A stretch of DNA of 64,000 nt from Candidatus Eiseniibacteriota bacterium (GTDB lineage Bacteria; Eisenbacteria; RBG-16-71-46; SZUA-252): the NCBI GenBank assembly GCA_031370645.1, contig JANMQV010000151.1, forward strand, positions 10,416 to 74,415, in the 5' to 3' direction. Positions within the stretch are counted from its first letter, which is position 1; every line of letters starts with the position of its first letter. Position numbers and translations under genes: made by a program. Positions 62,343-64,000 of the stretch are shown here, piece after piece. The notes under the pieces were generated by a model. The model made no database searches, was not told where the DNA came from, and was given only the letters and a program-made list of their open reading frames with translations.

Positions 62343-64000
62343 GCACCTCCTGCTCGAGATCGGCTGCGAGGAACTCCCCGCTTCGTTCATCCCGCCGGCC
62401 CTCGAGGAATTGGAGCGGCTGGCGCGGGCGGGACTGAGCGAAGCGCGTCTGGCGCACGCGTCGCTCCGCGTGTTCGGCACGCCGCGTCGCCTGGCGCTCC
62501 TGGTGGAAGGGCTCGCCGAACGCCAGGAGGACCGAACGCGCGAAGTGCTCGGCCCGGCCATCAAGGTCGCCTACGACGCGGAGGGGAAGCCGACCAACGC
62601 CGCGAAGGGCTTCGCCAAGGGCGCCGGCATCGCGGTCGAAGCGCTGGAACGCGCCGAGACGCCGAAGGGCGTCTACCTCCTCGCGCGGGTGCACGACACG
62701 GGGAGGGCCGCGGCCGAAGTGCTTCCGGAGCTTCTCCGAGGCTGGATCATGGGCCTTCATTTCCCGAAGACGATGCATTGGAACGGCACCGGTCGATTCG
62801 CGCGCCCCGTGCGGTGGATCGTCGCCCTTCTCGACGGTGAGGTTCTTCCGGTCGAGTGCTTCGGCGTCGCGGCGGGCTCGTCATCGCGCGGGCATCGAAC
62901 GATCGCGCCGGGGCCGGTCTCAATCGAACGCCCCGAACGCTACGAGGCGGCGCTCCTCGACGCCGGCGTCGTGGCCGATCCGACCGAGCGTCGGCGGCGG
63001 ATCGAGGCGGCGCTCGTCGCGGCCGCCGGACCGCTCGGAGGACGCGCGGTGGACGACCCCGAGCTTCTGGAGGAGGTGACCCACCTCGTCGAGTGGCCCG
63101 AAGCCGTGGTCGGCTCCTTCGACGTCAAGTACCTCAAGCTCCCGCGGCCCGTCATCGTGACCGCGATGCGCGCGCATCAGCGCTACTTCGCCGTCGAACG
63201 ACCCGACGGCTCGCTCCTCGAGAACTTCGTCATGATCCGAAGCGGCCGCGGCGAAGGGGCCGATCAAGTACGTCGCGGGACGCAGGTGGTTCTCCGCGCC
63301 CGGCTCGAGGACGCGCGTTTCTACTGGGAGAATGACCTCAAGGGCGGATTCGAATCGAAGGTGGAGACTCTGAAGGGAATGGTCTGGCACGAGCGACTCG
63401 GCTCGATCTACGACCGGACCCAGCGGCTCGGTTACCTCGTCGAGGAACTTGCCCGAGCGCTCGCACCCCAGGCTCGCGCCGCCGCGGCTCGCGCCGCGCG
63501 ACTCTGCAAAGCCGACCTCGCCACCGAAATGGTTCGCTCGGGGAAGGAGTTCGCCACGCTCCAGGGGATCATCGGAGCGGAGTACGCGGCGGCGACGGGT
63601 GAGCCCGACGCCGTCGTTAGGGCGATCCGCGAACATTACCTGCCGCAGGGGCCGTCCGATCCGCTCCCCTCGACGATGGAGGGGACACTCGTCAGTCTCG
63701 CCGATCGCCTCGAAGCCGTCGTGGGTGGGCTCCGCGCGGGACTCGAAGTGACCGGCTCGCAAGATCCCTACGGCCTTCGCCGCGCGGGGAACGGCGTCGT
63801 TCGGATTCTCCTCGAGAAAAAGCTACGGATCGACATCCTCGCCGTGGCCGAGCGTCTCTCGGCGTTCTTCGAAAAGTCGGGAGTGGCCGCCGATCCGAAG
63901 GCGGGAGATCTAACGCTCTTCTGGGCGCAGCGATTGGAGAGCGCCCTCGAGGAGCTCGGCGTCTCGCACGATAGCGCGGCCGCGGCGTTGGCGGTTCGCC
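62335..64000 (+). CDS. glyS: Glycine-tRNA ligase beta subunit (runs off the window)
   Basis: GTG start; [48 protein letters not shown]. Confidence 0.96.
   Translation, partial: MPKHLLLEIGCEELPASFIPPALEELERLARAGLSEARLAHASLRVFGTPRRLALLVEGLAERQEDRTREVLGPAIKVAYDAEGKPTNAAKGFAKGAGIAVEALERAETPKGVYLLARVHDTGRAAAEVLPELLRGWIMGLHFPKTMHWNGTGRFARPVRWIVALLDGEVLPVECFGVAAGSSSRGHRTIAPGPVSIERPERYEAALLDAGVVADPTERRRRIEAALVAAAGPLGGRAVDDPELLEEVTHLVEWPEAVVGSFDVKYLKLPRPVIVTAMRAHQRYFAVERPDGSLLENFVMIRSGRGEGADQVRRGTQVVLRARLEDARFYWENDLKGGFESKVETLKGMVWHERLGSIYDRTQRLGYLVEELARALAPQARAAAARAARLCKADLATEMVRSGKEFATLQGIIGAEYAAATGEPDAVVRAIREHYLPQGPSDPLPSTMEGTLVSLADRLEAVVGGLRAGLEVTGSQDPYGLRRAGNGVVRILLEKKLRIDILAVAERLSAFFEKSGVAADPKAGDLTLFWAQRLESALEELGVSHDSAAAALAVR

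Overview
High-GC (about 68-70% by eye) chromosomal window from a diderm bacterium. It carries tolA-tolB-pal-cpoB, a GT9 heptosyltransferase-like gene, a beta-barrel and several lipoproteins; the gene style suggests an FCB-related candidate phylum such as Ca. Eisenbacteria, which is inference only. In order it holds: the end of a surface-polysaccharide cluster, a GAF-type sigma54 activator with a methyltransferase, a tightly coupled four-gene uncharacterised membrane operon (FN3/DUF6754-like), a three-gene phosphorelay, a lipoprotein/beta-barrel pair, a divergent GH15, GT2/GT-C glycosyltransferases, a sigma54 activator-hsp20-dnaK block, msrA, an ECF sigma/anti-sigma pair, a HEAT-cyclophilin fusion, a nucleoside salvage operon, hom-thrC-thrB-lysC, tol-pal, clpB, PTS IIA, a trans-sulfuration enzyme, hisS-aspS and phoH-pgpH-ybeY-DUF502-recO-glyQ-glyS. 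I saw no rRNA, tRNA, CRISPR array or intact transposase. The best candidate for an undescribed system is the four-gene membrane operon at 7511-11016. Other notable items are an in-frame TAA interrupting hpt, a sigma54 promoter with three enhancer-like boxes ahead of hsp20-dnaK, repeated leaderless-type promoters, three sigma28-like motifs before non-flagellar genes, and a possible structured RNA after aspS. All calls come from manual motif recognition; no database searches were run.
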